Virus record (IMG/VR): IMGVR_UViG_3300009103_000003
Location: 1-64,000 of that record
DNA length: 64,000 nt
Reading direction: 5' to 3' (one strand)
DNA from: a virus
Shown here: positions 28,301 to 38,400 of the stretch, piece after piece
How positions within the stretch are numbered: position 1 is the first letter of the stretch
Layout: each line of letters starts with the position of its first letter
The notes under the pieces: generated by a model
What the model saw: the letters and a program-made list of their open reading frames with translations, nothing else
Told to the model about the DNA's origin: nothing
The model's database searches: none
Position numbers and translations under genes: made by a program

Positions 28301-31300
28301 CTTCGGATTTTGATTTATCAAACTGGAACGGGGATCAGTTTCTGGCTGGTGGGTTCCACTATGGATTTGGGCCCCTAATCCAAGTTGGGTACGACGCCCA
28401 TCTCTTCCCCATCATATTCGGTGTTCCGGGCACCGCCCCCAACCTAATTGCCGGGGACCCAGTCACGTACGAGCACGAGGAGTTAACACCAGCACCCGCA
28501 ATTGATGGTGTCACCCTCACATATTCCCTATCTACCGAGAATACTCCGCTTCATAGAGGGACCCTACGCCTACATTATTGGGACCCAGAAGATCGAGACG
28601 GTGTTCCCGCTGATGGGCAGCACTACGTGTGGAATGACGACGGAGAAGGCCGTCTAACACAAATTCACCCTGCATGGCTAGACGGTGTCGGTAACCCAAC
28701 TGCGGTGATTACTGATGCGGTCAATCTAGCTTTAGAGATTGAAGAAACCTCCCCAGGGAGCGGTGTGTACCATGAAAAGGGGCGCATTGATTACTCTCAG
28801 GGCCGGATTAGCCTTGAGTTCAATCAGGCGCACGTCCCCCTTGTAGAAAACCTCGTCGCCGTTGGCGGACACGAGTTCCCCCTGTTTTCTGTTGGGTATG
28901 ACTACTACTACAACCCGTTTAAGGCCGCATGGACAGTCTACCGGGGCGCTGTGGAAACGATTGCCCCAACAGGCGATCTTGGTGTTTCCTACGACGAGTT
29001 CTCATTTGTTCCTGCATACAAGCGCCCAGGGCCCAGAGGCACCCTCTCATCTTTAGTGGGGCCAGATCAGGATGGGTCAGTTATCGCTCGCGGGTCTTCC
29101 GTCTTCCACTCTGACCGGTGGGACGGCGACCCAGGCAATGACCTTGGGTCAACCTATCGGTACAGCGAGACAACTGAGCGCCAAAATAAGAGACGGGGTC
29201 TGTGGATAAGGCTTGGCAAAGGCTTTGACCAGAAGCACCCCAGCATCGGCGGTGCTCCTTCCGCAAAATGCGTTTCTGGGGAGGTGGTTGACTTCGATTC
29301 ATCCGGCCCAGAAGCACAGGTTGCCTCGACATGGCCTAGTGGCGTTTATACCGTTGCAGACCAGAGGAAGTACCCAAAGACTCGGTATGCCATCCAGACA
29401 GGTCACGATATTGACCATGATGCTGTCGATGAAGACTTCTTTGTTACTAAATTGTCGCTACCCACCGTCCCAGGGTCGCGCAACCTAGACCACCCAGAAG
29501 ACCCAACAGAGATGTCATTTAGTGGCGAGGAGATGACCTACATAAACTCTAAAGGGTTGTCTGGGTTTCTTCTTCCCCATCCAATGGGACCATCCCACTA
29601 TGGGACAACCGACTTCCCATATGGTGGCGCTCCACCAAACTCCGTTGTCGATAACCACCTATTAGACCATCAGGTTCTTCAGGTTTACGATGCGGCCACA
29701 GACTCACTTGAGGATGCTGGTATTGTCGTATCCGGGATACCTGGAGGCGTACCCTTCCCAGGCTGGTTTGGCGGTGAGTTCGAAATTAAGGATGATGAGA
29801 TCCACATTGGTGGGATGACGGATGTCTATTCCAAGTCCACCGCAGTAGAGGAGCGGACAACCGCGCCAATTAAACTGCAACCAGAAGCGCTAGATCCTGA
29901 CGCATTACCCGCCCCTTCGCCAACAGACCCGCCTCCAGAATACGAGGTCTTGGTGTCAGCAGCGGATGGTATTATTAATGCTACGATGGCGGGAGATGCC
30001 ACGCACTTTGATAGTGCAGAACTGCTTGCTGCTATCGCGCTGCACTTCGGAGCTACAGGTATTGCACTAGATAATCTCGTTATCGAGATTCTCGATCCAC
30101 CCACCCCGGATCTACAACCGATCTTTTTCAGGGCGATTCACACGACCTCTGCCGGTGTAAAGGTCGATGGAGAGTTCCCAGATGGGGCGTCGTACGCGAA
30201 TGTACGCTTCCGAGCTTTGTTCGGTTGCACAACAAGCGTCGATAAACCCTTGATTGTTCTTCAGCAGGGTAACGACCTTGTTGTGGAGAAGAATGATTTG
30301 TCCGTGTTCTGCCCAAGCGGATTCTCGTTTGGGACAGACCCTGGTGATGTTGCTATCTATATCTCCATCGACTCCACAACATCCCGTGGGGAATACCGGG
30401 TCTTATCCAAGAACCTTAATACCCTTATTATTGAGACAGCTATTCCTGAAACAGGGACAGCTTTATCTTATCGGGTGTACACCAAGCAGGCTGCGGGAGT
30501 TGCGTTACCGCTTGTACGCGTGAAGTCCGTTTCCCTGTCTGGCTCGGAGACAGAGGGCGTTGTAGTCCCTTACAAGAATCCGGTGGATATTGTCGCAAGC
30601 TCTTTCGCTGGCCTGAATGACGACCCGATTAATGAGGAATCTATCGGTGAAGACCCCACAGCATTTGAGTGGGAACCAACCGTGATGATACAGCCGTTTG
30701 GGCCCGGTGGAGAAAACAGGGCCTGTTTAGTTGTTCACGACAACGAGGATTTTGTTACCGAGCATAATATTATTAAATATGATGTGGTTCGGATTGAGAC
30801 ATTGGAGGAGCCAAACAAGCACTTTTATGTCGAAGATATAAGAGATGTTGATACCGGTAATACTACCGGAAAACGCAACTGTCTGGTATTGGACCGTAAT
30901 CTGGTTGGCTCTACATCTGATGTGGTGAATGTCCGATTCTCCCTCGGTAGACCCGCTGTTGGCACTGCGGAGCTTGTGTTTAGAGACCCCACATTCTTTG
31001 AGGCCGGTCCAGACACAGAGTTTAGCTACACTCTGGACCTTGGCACTGTTGCCGGTCAGACCTTTGGGAACCAACGCACATACAAATTTAGGCCGTCGCC
31101 CCTGGAGTCGGCGGTTCTGTTTTTATCTGACTACGCATTTTCAGACATAACAATTGACGGTAACGACCCAGGGTTCCTTGTTAGTGAGGATATTAATTTC
31201 TTCAAGCACGGACTTAAGGTAGGGGACCGGATAACAATACTTACCAGGGTAATTCGTTCAGGACTGTTTAACGGGCAAGACCCCTTCTTAGAAGACGAGA

Positions 31301-32475
31301 ACTTAGCTCTTGCCGGGAAGACTCTGGTTGTTTCGGTCAATGGTCAAAGACGAACAGTTGTATTTAGTGGGCCTAACCCAACAACGCTTGAGCAGGCTGT
31401 TGCAGATATAAACAGACAGCTTGGTGACGTTCTAAAGGCAGAGATTTGGGAAGACCCGGCCAATGCCGAGCACTATTACCTCCAAATATCCTCCAACACC
31501 CCAATTCAGCTTCTTACAGAAGGCACTATTGGGATCTTGGATGAGTTACGCTGCGTGGGGCTAGACCAACAGGACAACAATCACTACGACCCCGTCCTTC
31601 TTAATACCGAGTTGTTTGACCCCTACTACATCGATGACATTATCTACGTTGATAAAAATACAGCCCTTGATGGTAAAGCTAAGTGGAAGCTCAAGGTTCT
31701 ATCGGTTGACGGAAACAATGACACACCAGTCACGGCTGGGACGATGGAGACTGTGTTTATTGAGGCTCGGAGGTATAAGTACCAGCGTGTAATGCCTGCC
31801 GACATGACACAAACGGCTGTCGGCCTGTACTCGGCCCCGATCACACTTACTTCCTACGATCCTAACGTAACGGACGGGTTAATTTCGGAGCAAACACAGT
31901 TGTCGGTGGCGGGACACAAGTCTCTTGGCTACGAGATGGTTGTTAAAAATGCTAACTACTCTTACTCGCTAGGAGAGGAGTGCAGCATTAGGACGACCAG
32001 TGTAATCCTAAGCGATACCCAAAAAGATTTCTCCAAGCCTTACGCTCTGCCCGGAGCAGATGTGACTGTTACCTACGATAGGTCCCAGTCCGTAGCCGAT
32101 ATCCAATCGTATCTGCTGAATAAGGCCATGAGAGTTGTGTGCAACAACCCACTCTCTAAGCACTTCTTTCCTGCGTATCCGATGACCGGTCTTAGCTATG
32201 GGGACAGCCGCCTGTCTCCAACTGAGGTGCGGACTTATTTAGAGGAATTTTTCAAGACTCTGTACCCCAATAAACCTTTGGAGCTATACGATATATCCGC
32301 CCTCTTAGCTAAAAGAGGCGTCGGGTACGTACAGTTTCCTCAGTACGTAGCCTTCCTAGTTCACGATGAAAACCGGGTGGTTCGGATCGTCAGAAGCGAG
32401 GATGTTATTTATCTGAATAAACGGTTCCATATTATGGAAGACACAACAGGCGTTGTGATTAACAAGGTGAGATAA
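25381..32475 (+). CDS. Giant baseplate J-like (T4 gp6 / P2 gpJ family) wedge protein with large insertions
   Basis: N-terminal ARGYVRVYF...VVRVTNLTAFTGGVTKETNEDFLIRAERSL is the Baseplate_J signature (GG.d.Et.e.l..R). Canonical gp25-gpJ-gpI-fibre gene order. Confidence 0.8.
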   Translation: MANNEELKRYLTERLTDLDPSLSDSAGSLMYVKVINPLLVRLGTDPLSVDIETFILSRLQDEFPALDVKSPGSVLRDVLVSPLVLILEPLQREIEFLRTQNSLADSESLTESEMDALLSNVLSERKFGEYARGYVRVYFNAARAVGVDASIVFSTAGGNGFVAEEAFTYAVTDMVRSGNQFYLDIPVRSQQPTTDGNIGSGAIKYVSGLEGVVRVTNLTAFTGGVTKETNEDFLIRAERSLSERSLNTKRGIETAILNSFTDVVSVQIVGYGEPDMNRDIIQARVKEEFDEDIGPLIYMTANWRTHGLRPGAGVVLPFTNTLAIVAPDESAIDGGWPEELLLSLLQAKYIRVSDGSGLTWSHTGDEPPYGDSDGGPAGVDPYKKNTYEDGLLHRVRAVDETFYNAAGDHEVYIRLKDFEVYPEPVDIMSPVGIPATITSSEPDVGLNKRSYQGSAFKMIGEIDSGGVLHDIVLGAHLPFADYVYTTFVGTQIPPAIVPGRDFLYTWTEDKSWSINFNGDDLGLTYPKKARLWPLKTYYSNSELGVGRIDSFMVSKGRAVYPGKDQYVFDPSLVFSLMRENIKIVDYGSPKFTTTDDIVERFGGQETEEVGRGPGVMIQVMEDLTSHTPETETWANLQAAHPLQVDLILHASQPKWADRGVSEGHYVCCSIYRHDTAGIFDGKLANVETDIQWQGWGRVIKVGAGTPWRLRVEGLDFGPLHENNFCNFSPANSGIVTINAVPQEFYNGLGQGALFDTTMIRMEYDAAFAVLDPRQPWQADPFAPAEPGSGNHATKELLVTDPLLLPPTPWGPNKPGMKLEIINPIADANPFFVDDSLATYPSLPQMFAGIIAKLATHTSLQDFANNPILSATVNGAGNGLIFKCEVHGEYGNSIQIVEWTQDGSPCGQSGNLADGVAPSITQLANYLAGRYSVAFAAADAEVLTNAGEEPAKIRIFQNDNSLAPVYYNIESSTIPSDFDLSNWNGDQFLAGGFHYGFGPLIQVGYDAHLFPIIFGVPGTAPNLIAGDPVTYEHEELTPAPAIDGVTLTYSLSTENTPLHRGTLRLHYWDPEDRDGVPADGQHYVWNDDGEGRLTQIHPAWLDGVGNPTAVITDAVNLALEIEETSPGSGVYHEKGRIDYSQGRISLEFNQAHVPLVENLVAVGGHEFPLFSVGYDYYYNPFKAAWTVYRGAVETIAPTGDLGVSYDEFSFVPAYKRPGPRGTLSSLVGPDQDGSVIARGSSVFHSDRWDGDPGNDLGSTYRYSETTERQNKRRGLWIRLGKGFDQKHPSIGGAPSAKCVSGEVVDFDSSGPEAQVASTWPSGVYTVADQRKYPKTRYAIQTGHDIDHDAVDEDFFVTKLSLPTVPGSRNLDHPEDPTEMSFSGEEMTYINSKGLSGFLLPHPMGPSHYGTTDFPYGGAPPNSVVDNHLLDHQVLQVYDAATDSLEDAGIVVSGIPGGVPFPGWFGGEFEIKDDEIHIGGMTDVYSKSTAVEERTTAPIKLQPEALDPDALPAPSPTDPPPEYEVLVSAADGIINATMAGDATHFDSAELLAAIALHFGATGIALDNLVIEILDPPTPDLQPIFFRAIHTTSAGVKVDGEFPDGASYANVRFRALFGCTTSVDKPLIVLQQGNDLVVEKNDLSVFCPSGFSFGTDPGDVAIYISIDSTTSRGEYRVLSKNLNTLIIETAIPETGTALSYRVYTKQAAGVALPLVRVKSVSLSGSETEGVVVPYKNPVDIVASSFAGLNDDPINEESIGEDPTAFEWEPTVMIQPFGPGGENRACLVVHDNEDFVTEHNIIKYDVVRIETLEEPNKHFYVEDIRDVDTGNTTGKRNCLVLDRNLVGSTSDVVNVRFSLGRPAVGTAELVFRDPTFFEAGPDTEFSYTLDLGTVAGQTFGNQRTYKFRPSPLESAVLFLSDYAFSDITIDGNDPGFLVSEDINFFKHGLKVGDRITILTRVIRSGLFNGQDPFLEDENLALAGKTLVVSVNGQRRTVVFSGPNPTTLEQAVADINRQLGDVLKAEIWEDPANAEHYYLQISSNTPIQLLTEGTIGILDELRCVGLDQQDNNHYDPVLLNTELFDPYYIDDIIYVDKNTALDGKAKWKLKVLSVDGNNDTPVTAGTMETVFIEARRYKYQRVMPADMTQTAVGLYSAPITLTSYDPNVTDGLISEQTQLSVAGHKSLGYEMVVKNANYSYSLGEECSIRTTSVILSDTQKDFSKPYALPGADVTVTYDRSQSVADIQSYLLNKAMRVVCNNPLSKHFFPAYPMTGLSYGDSRLSPTEVRTYLEEFFKTLYPNKPLELYDISALLAKRGVGYVQFPQYVAFLVHDENRVVRIVRSEDVIYLNKRFHIMEDTTGVVINKVR

Positions 32476-32477
32476 GG

Positions 32478-35400
32478 ATGCCGGTACCTGCGTCACCAAA
32501 ATTTGACATCCTTGATTGGAACATTCGGGCCGATAGCACGACGTACGCTGACGACCGCCTTTTGTCTGACTCGGTAGATCCCATTACGCAATATGCGTTT
32601 ATTTCCGATCTAGCCAATATAGTAAATGAGGATGGGTTCACGACGCTCCGTTCGGACGCCGCAACCAACGTAGCTAATACGACAGTAAAAACAATTCTTC
32701 AGGTGTCTGACGAGCTACCACAGCCTGTTCCACAGAATTTCACATTTGAATTTGACGTTTACCTTTCGGACGACATCCCAAAAACATTCGCGGATGTTAA
32801 TCACCGTGTCTTTATTGGGGCGATAAACCAGCAGGGTTATACAGCAGGGTTTATTTTCTCTTACGACGGGATTGCTCTGGCGGCATACCCAGAAGATCCA
32901 ACCCACACAATTCTTGGTGGGACAAAAGATCTTATATTTGATGATAACGGGGAGTTCGTTAGCGGTATCAATATACGAGCCGTTATTGATGGGGAGAACG
33001 GCAGGATAGGTATTTACACCTCTACCGCAGATGATGCGTACGCCTTAGATCCGGACATCACCGAAGCGGTTCTCACCTATAGCTTGGCCGCTAAAAAGTC
33101 TACGGGGCTATACAACGACTGTGTCTACTTACAAACAAGTGCACCGTCAGCCCTAAAACTACAGGAAACCAACCCCGGTGACGTGTTTACCGAGGGGGAG
33201 GCTTCTCAGGTTACGATTGGGTCTCTTCGGTTGGCTGGTTACAAGGCGATTCCCGAGGACCGCCCTATAGCAAGCGCCTCTACGGAGTACCAAACCATTG
33301 TTGGTCAGTCCATCCAGTTTGCGGGTAACAATAGTTATGACCCCTCTGGTAAGAATATTGACTACAACTGGGAACTAGATATTTACCCAGAAGGAAGTAA
33401 CGCCTCGATTCAGGGCGCAGCGTACTCCGTTGCCTCCATAGAAATCCCTGGCGTTCCTGACCCAGAGGTCGTTGTTACGCTCACTTACAAGCGGCCCACA
33501 AAACGCGCAGACGGCTACAAAGTGATTTTGGTGGAAGGGCCACTAGAGTCTAATTTGACCATGTCCTGGGATAGCTCCAAAGGCGAGCTTCTTGTTTCGC
33601 TGGGAAGGAACGAGAACGGGGATGTGGTTACTTCTGCCGCCGACCTTGTAAATGCGTTCCGAAACAGTCTCGCCCCAGGGTATGACATAGAGATTGCTGG
33701 CGGCACAACCCAGATAAATTTCAGCCAACCAGTGGCTAGTGCCCAAGACGATATTTTTGAGACGAACGAGATAGTCTCCGAGCAGGTAACCTATCCAGGG
33801 ATATTCCGGGCGGACCTAACCGCAGTGTCATCAACAGGGACTGAGAAGCTGGTAGCGGGAGAGTTTACATTTACCGGTGGTAACGGCTCATCCCTAATGA
33901 ACCCCATCTTCATTCCTGATAAGCCTGGGACGTACGTTGTATCCCTAAAAGTGCATAACGGCACAAGAGCAAGCCTCCCCGTTACAGAGACTTTTAATGC
34001 GGCGATAACAAATCAGCTTCTGTCCCATAGGCCTAACTCGGATTACCTGTGGAAATACATAGGCGACTTTTGGAAATTGGTACCCGATAAACACCAAATA
34101 ACATCTATCTGGTCTGCCATGACACAGGCAGTCTCATCTGATTTAGTGACTGCTTGGCAAAACGATTACGCAAAAGCCATTCGAGATGTTTCGAGAAGGT
34201 ACCAAAGACGTTGGATACACTATGACGCGAAGGTGGACATCCCGAAAGGGTATACGGCCTCTATCATCCAACCCAACTCTCTGGGTAAAGCCACTGTCGA
34301 TATTCTGGACGTTATTCAAGGGTCCCGAACAGACACCGCTACCACTCAGGAAGAGCACGCGATTGCCCCAATCTCTGTTGGCAAGGCGCTTCTCCGAACA
34401 ACTCTCCATACCCCATCAGTAGTTGATGTTGTGGGCGTCACAGAGGCCGCTGGAGTTGCGTCACCCAAGTGGTCGATAACCACATCCGGAAAAGACTTTC
34501 CGTCGTTTGAGGTCCTTGCAGAGCGTCGAGGAGGGTACTTTGTAGCAGACCCTGACGAGTTTATTCAGCAGACCCCTGCAAGAAGCACTGTGTTTACGGA
34601 CCCAACCTACCCCATAACGAATAAGCTTGATGTCGCCAGGGATTCTATTCGTCTTTATGATGAACTTGGTGAGAACCCGAGACTTGTGCGTGTTTCGGAT
34701 ACGACCCCTGGGCAGGTGCAAAATACAGTACGCCTTCAGGAGGGGACCGGGTACGGTGAGATTGAGGACCAGATAGTCGATGGCTTTGCTAGAAAGTGGG
34801 ACCATCTGAGAGAGACTAAAAACGTCTACCTACAACAGTCACCATATATATTACTTGGTGATGAGATACTGCTAGATGAGTACAACCTTGGTTTGGGGGA
34901 TTATCTAAACCTTGTTGTAATTGACCCTTATCTTTCTGAGGAAGTAGATGTTTCCTTGCCCATCCTAGCGGTCGGCGGGCAGTGTATTTTTGTTGAGTGG
35001 TATCCGTTACTGGCCGCACTATTCGCGCAGTCTGTTGTTGTGAATAAGGAGCAGGTGTGGACCGAGTCGGATTTGGTCAATCTCTCCATAGTGCCAAAAT
35101 CTTTTGTTATGAGTCGGCGCTTGAATACCGTGCCTGACTTAGTCAGCATTCCAAAGCTCGGGATCACGACGATAAACCCGTCTCTTGAAGAGAATATTGA
35201 CTACTCGATTCTACAAAGTCAGATCTTTATTACTGATTGGTTTGCGGGGACATTGGCAACCGTAGCAGGCTCTGAAAGAGTCTACCCAGAATCAGGAACA
35301 TTGACGCATACGCTGCTTAGTGCGGCGTTCCAAAATGCAGGCTCACTAGCATTTTTAGCAGAAGATAGCCTGGGGATTGATACCCTGTGCCTCGGCGCGG

Positions 35401-38400
35401 GGGACTCATCTGTTTACAAAATCGTGGAGTACCACACAGACGGGTCACTGTCCTTAGACCGACCAATGGAGCATTCCGCCACAGGCTTGTACTATTGGGC
35501 ACCCAGGTTTGGAGCGTACAACCCCGCCCCTAATATGTTTTGGGCGGAAGTGTCTTACTTCGATAACTGGAAGACCATTGAAAACAACTTCGGTCTCTAT
35601 GTTGGATTCCCCAAGGAGCTACTTGAGGAGTACGACGAAAACCTAGATTACCTCTCGGTAACCAAGTCGATTTGGTTTGCCTTTTTAAGCGGCCCACACT
35701 TCGACAACCTTCAGCTTGGGATTCAGTCGTTCTTTGACCTCCCGTACTCAGAGGTACGAGGGCAGATTACCTACATAGAGGAACCCACAGAGTTCGAAGA
35801 TGGTCGAATTTTTATTACTGACGAGAACGGTAGAGGCCACACATATTTTTATCCAAAACGGGCTAATATAGCCACCAACCCAAATACCGGTGAGCCCTAC
35901 GCGGCCCTCGAATATCCTCTTTACTGGGATTTAATCCAGGAGGACGGGGTTTATTACCAACTAATAGATGGGGATAAGTTTGAGGTCGATCCAGGTGTTT
36001 TAGCGACTATGGAGAGCGCTAAGGTAGCGGCTTACGCGAAGCTTGTGGACGTTGTTAAGGTTGAAGATTACATCTCAGACCCGGACCTAGTAGGCCGACA
36101 ATTTAGTGGGACCGTATCAACCTATATCGATGAATATGGCAACACCCACATCGTTGACCAAGAACCTTCTCGGGTGGAGAAATACCACAAGTTTATTGTT
36201 GACGTTCCTATGGATGTCACGCAGTCCACAGCGGTTTTCCCTCTAGTCAAGAAGTTCCTCAACGAAGCAAAGCCTGCTTACACAGACTTTATCTTAGTTG
36301 GGTCTTTACAGCTTTCTGATGAGATAAGTTGTATCGATAATCTTCTTTTGAAGCCCACGCTTACTCTGCACGACACTCCGCACACATCCCCATTTTGGGC
36401 CAAGGCGGATGGAACCAAGACTACTGACGAAGGGGTTCAGTATTTAGATGTGCCGAAGGGGTGGCCTCTCACTAATGAGAGAGAAGAACTGCTGTGGCCC
36501 AAGCAAAAAACAATCGATAAGATTGCCTCAATAGACTATTCGGGCTTACTTGCCCAAGCGGTCTTGGAGCACGCACCACAAAACTTTCACGTAAGAATCA
36601 CTCCTGGCGATTACTATATTGTTTTTGGTCAGGAGAACGAACTTGTGTGGAACACTTTTGAGTATGGCGTATGCGTAGTGCCGCCTCAAGGGAACGTCCC
36701 ACCATACCAAATGAACTGGGCAACCCTCACTGACTTAGGGGCTGCTTTACACGAGTTCCCCCCAACTAATAGGAGCATAGGGTTCTTTCTCCCAGGAGAC
36801 CCAAACTTTCATATTTATGACACCACAAGCCGCTTCCTCACCCCGGAGAATAACTTCTACGGCATAGATGGCGTGCGTATCTCTATCACTCGACGCGTCC
36901 CAATTGCTGGGACAAACATGAATCTACTAACGCTTAATAACCAGAATATTAAGTTTTATATGTTTGATGATACTGCCGCTAATATGCTGGCAGCGTTCCC
37001 ACCCATGATTACGTACTGGGATAATAGCGACGTTTTTGAGAAGTATGAAGCGGGGTACTGTGAAGGGGTTCTGGACGATTACTCTGGTGATGGTTCATGG
37101 AACTTCAATAGAGCCACCTTGGATATGGTCAATACGGTTAATTCGGATATTGATGTAGTCAGATCTAGGCTCATGGTTCCCGTTAAAAAGGATACTTCCG
37201 CAGCACAAGAGGATATTGAGTTCGAAGTGGGTGAGCCCATAGCCATCCACATCAACGGAAATCTTGCTACGCCATCTATATGGGACGAAGCTCCCCCAGT
37301 TCTGCTCCACATAGGCGCAGGGAACCATCCCAAAATCCCCGCGTTCGATCCCGGTGACGCAACCAAAGGGATTTTCTCTCCCCAATTCGACCACCCAAAC
37401 ACCTACCTACTTCTCGGCTTTGATCGGTCTGATACAGATGACAAACACCTGTGGGACGAGCACTCATCGAATAAAGATTACAATGCTTACGGCGATGAGA
37501 GCAGGCTCGATGTAATAACTGAGTTGTATGATGCAACGGTTGGGCCGGTCCCACCACCAGTGATAACTTTAGTAGGTACCAGAAGTGGTGCTATTGCTGA
37601 GATCGTCACTCCGCTAGGGGATGATGTTGTTAGGCGGGCGAACCCAAACCACACGGCTTTCCCTGGAATGGTCGTTCCGCCCCTTTACCCATACTTCCTA
37701 CTAGAAACGATATGGCAGCAGGACAAACTCATCGAGTACGGGCCTGCCTCAGATCCATGCTTGTTTTTGACCAAGTACCTTCCAGTGGATTCAGGCGTTG
37801 GGCCTTACCCAAATGGAACGGGAGGGATAACCCTTGAAGACTGGTGGAGAGCGGCCCCGACCTTTGATGGGGGCTACGCAGAGACCAGTGCCTTATTTGG
37901 CGGTATTATTAGTAATATTACGGCTGGCGGGGGAATGGGCGCTGATCCGGAAGTGTCCACCATCCATTCCCACCATTTAGCAATAGGCGACGTTGTTCCT
38001 ATTTGGAACACCGATCAAACAACGATTGCCCCTGGCACAGTTCAGCTAGATGGGGATTACGTAGTCTCCAACATTATTTCCGCAAGCTCTTTTGCGGTGA
38101 CCTCTGCATCACCAGTAGAGGCCGGTACTTTTGGGTATGTGGGCCACAGCCCTACTTTCCATGAGATGTCTGAAAGACATGAAAAAGAATTACAGCAACA
38201 CCCCTACCGACCTTTTGATCCTGTTGGGGAACAGTTTATTCCTAGTAATAGCCCTGGGGCGTACTCAGATTGGCAGACCGTATTAAACCCGAGCATCGAA
38301 AAGTTGGTTTACGGGTACAAGGATGAGGGCGCTTTAAACGCAGGAAACTCTATAAATATTCAGGACTGGGAGTATTCACCCGCCGTAACTACCTACTTAC

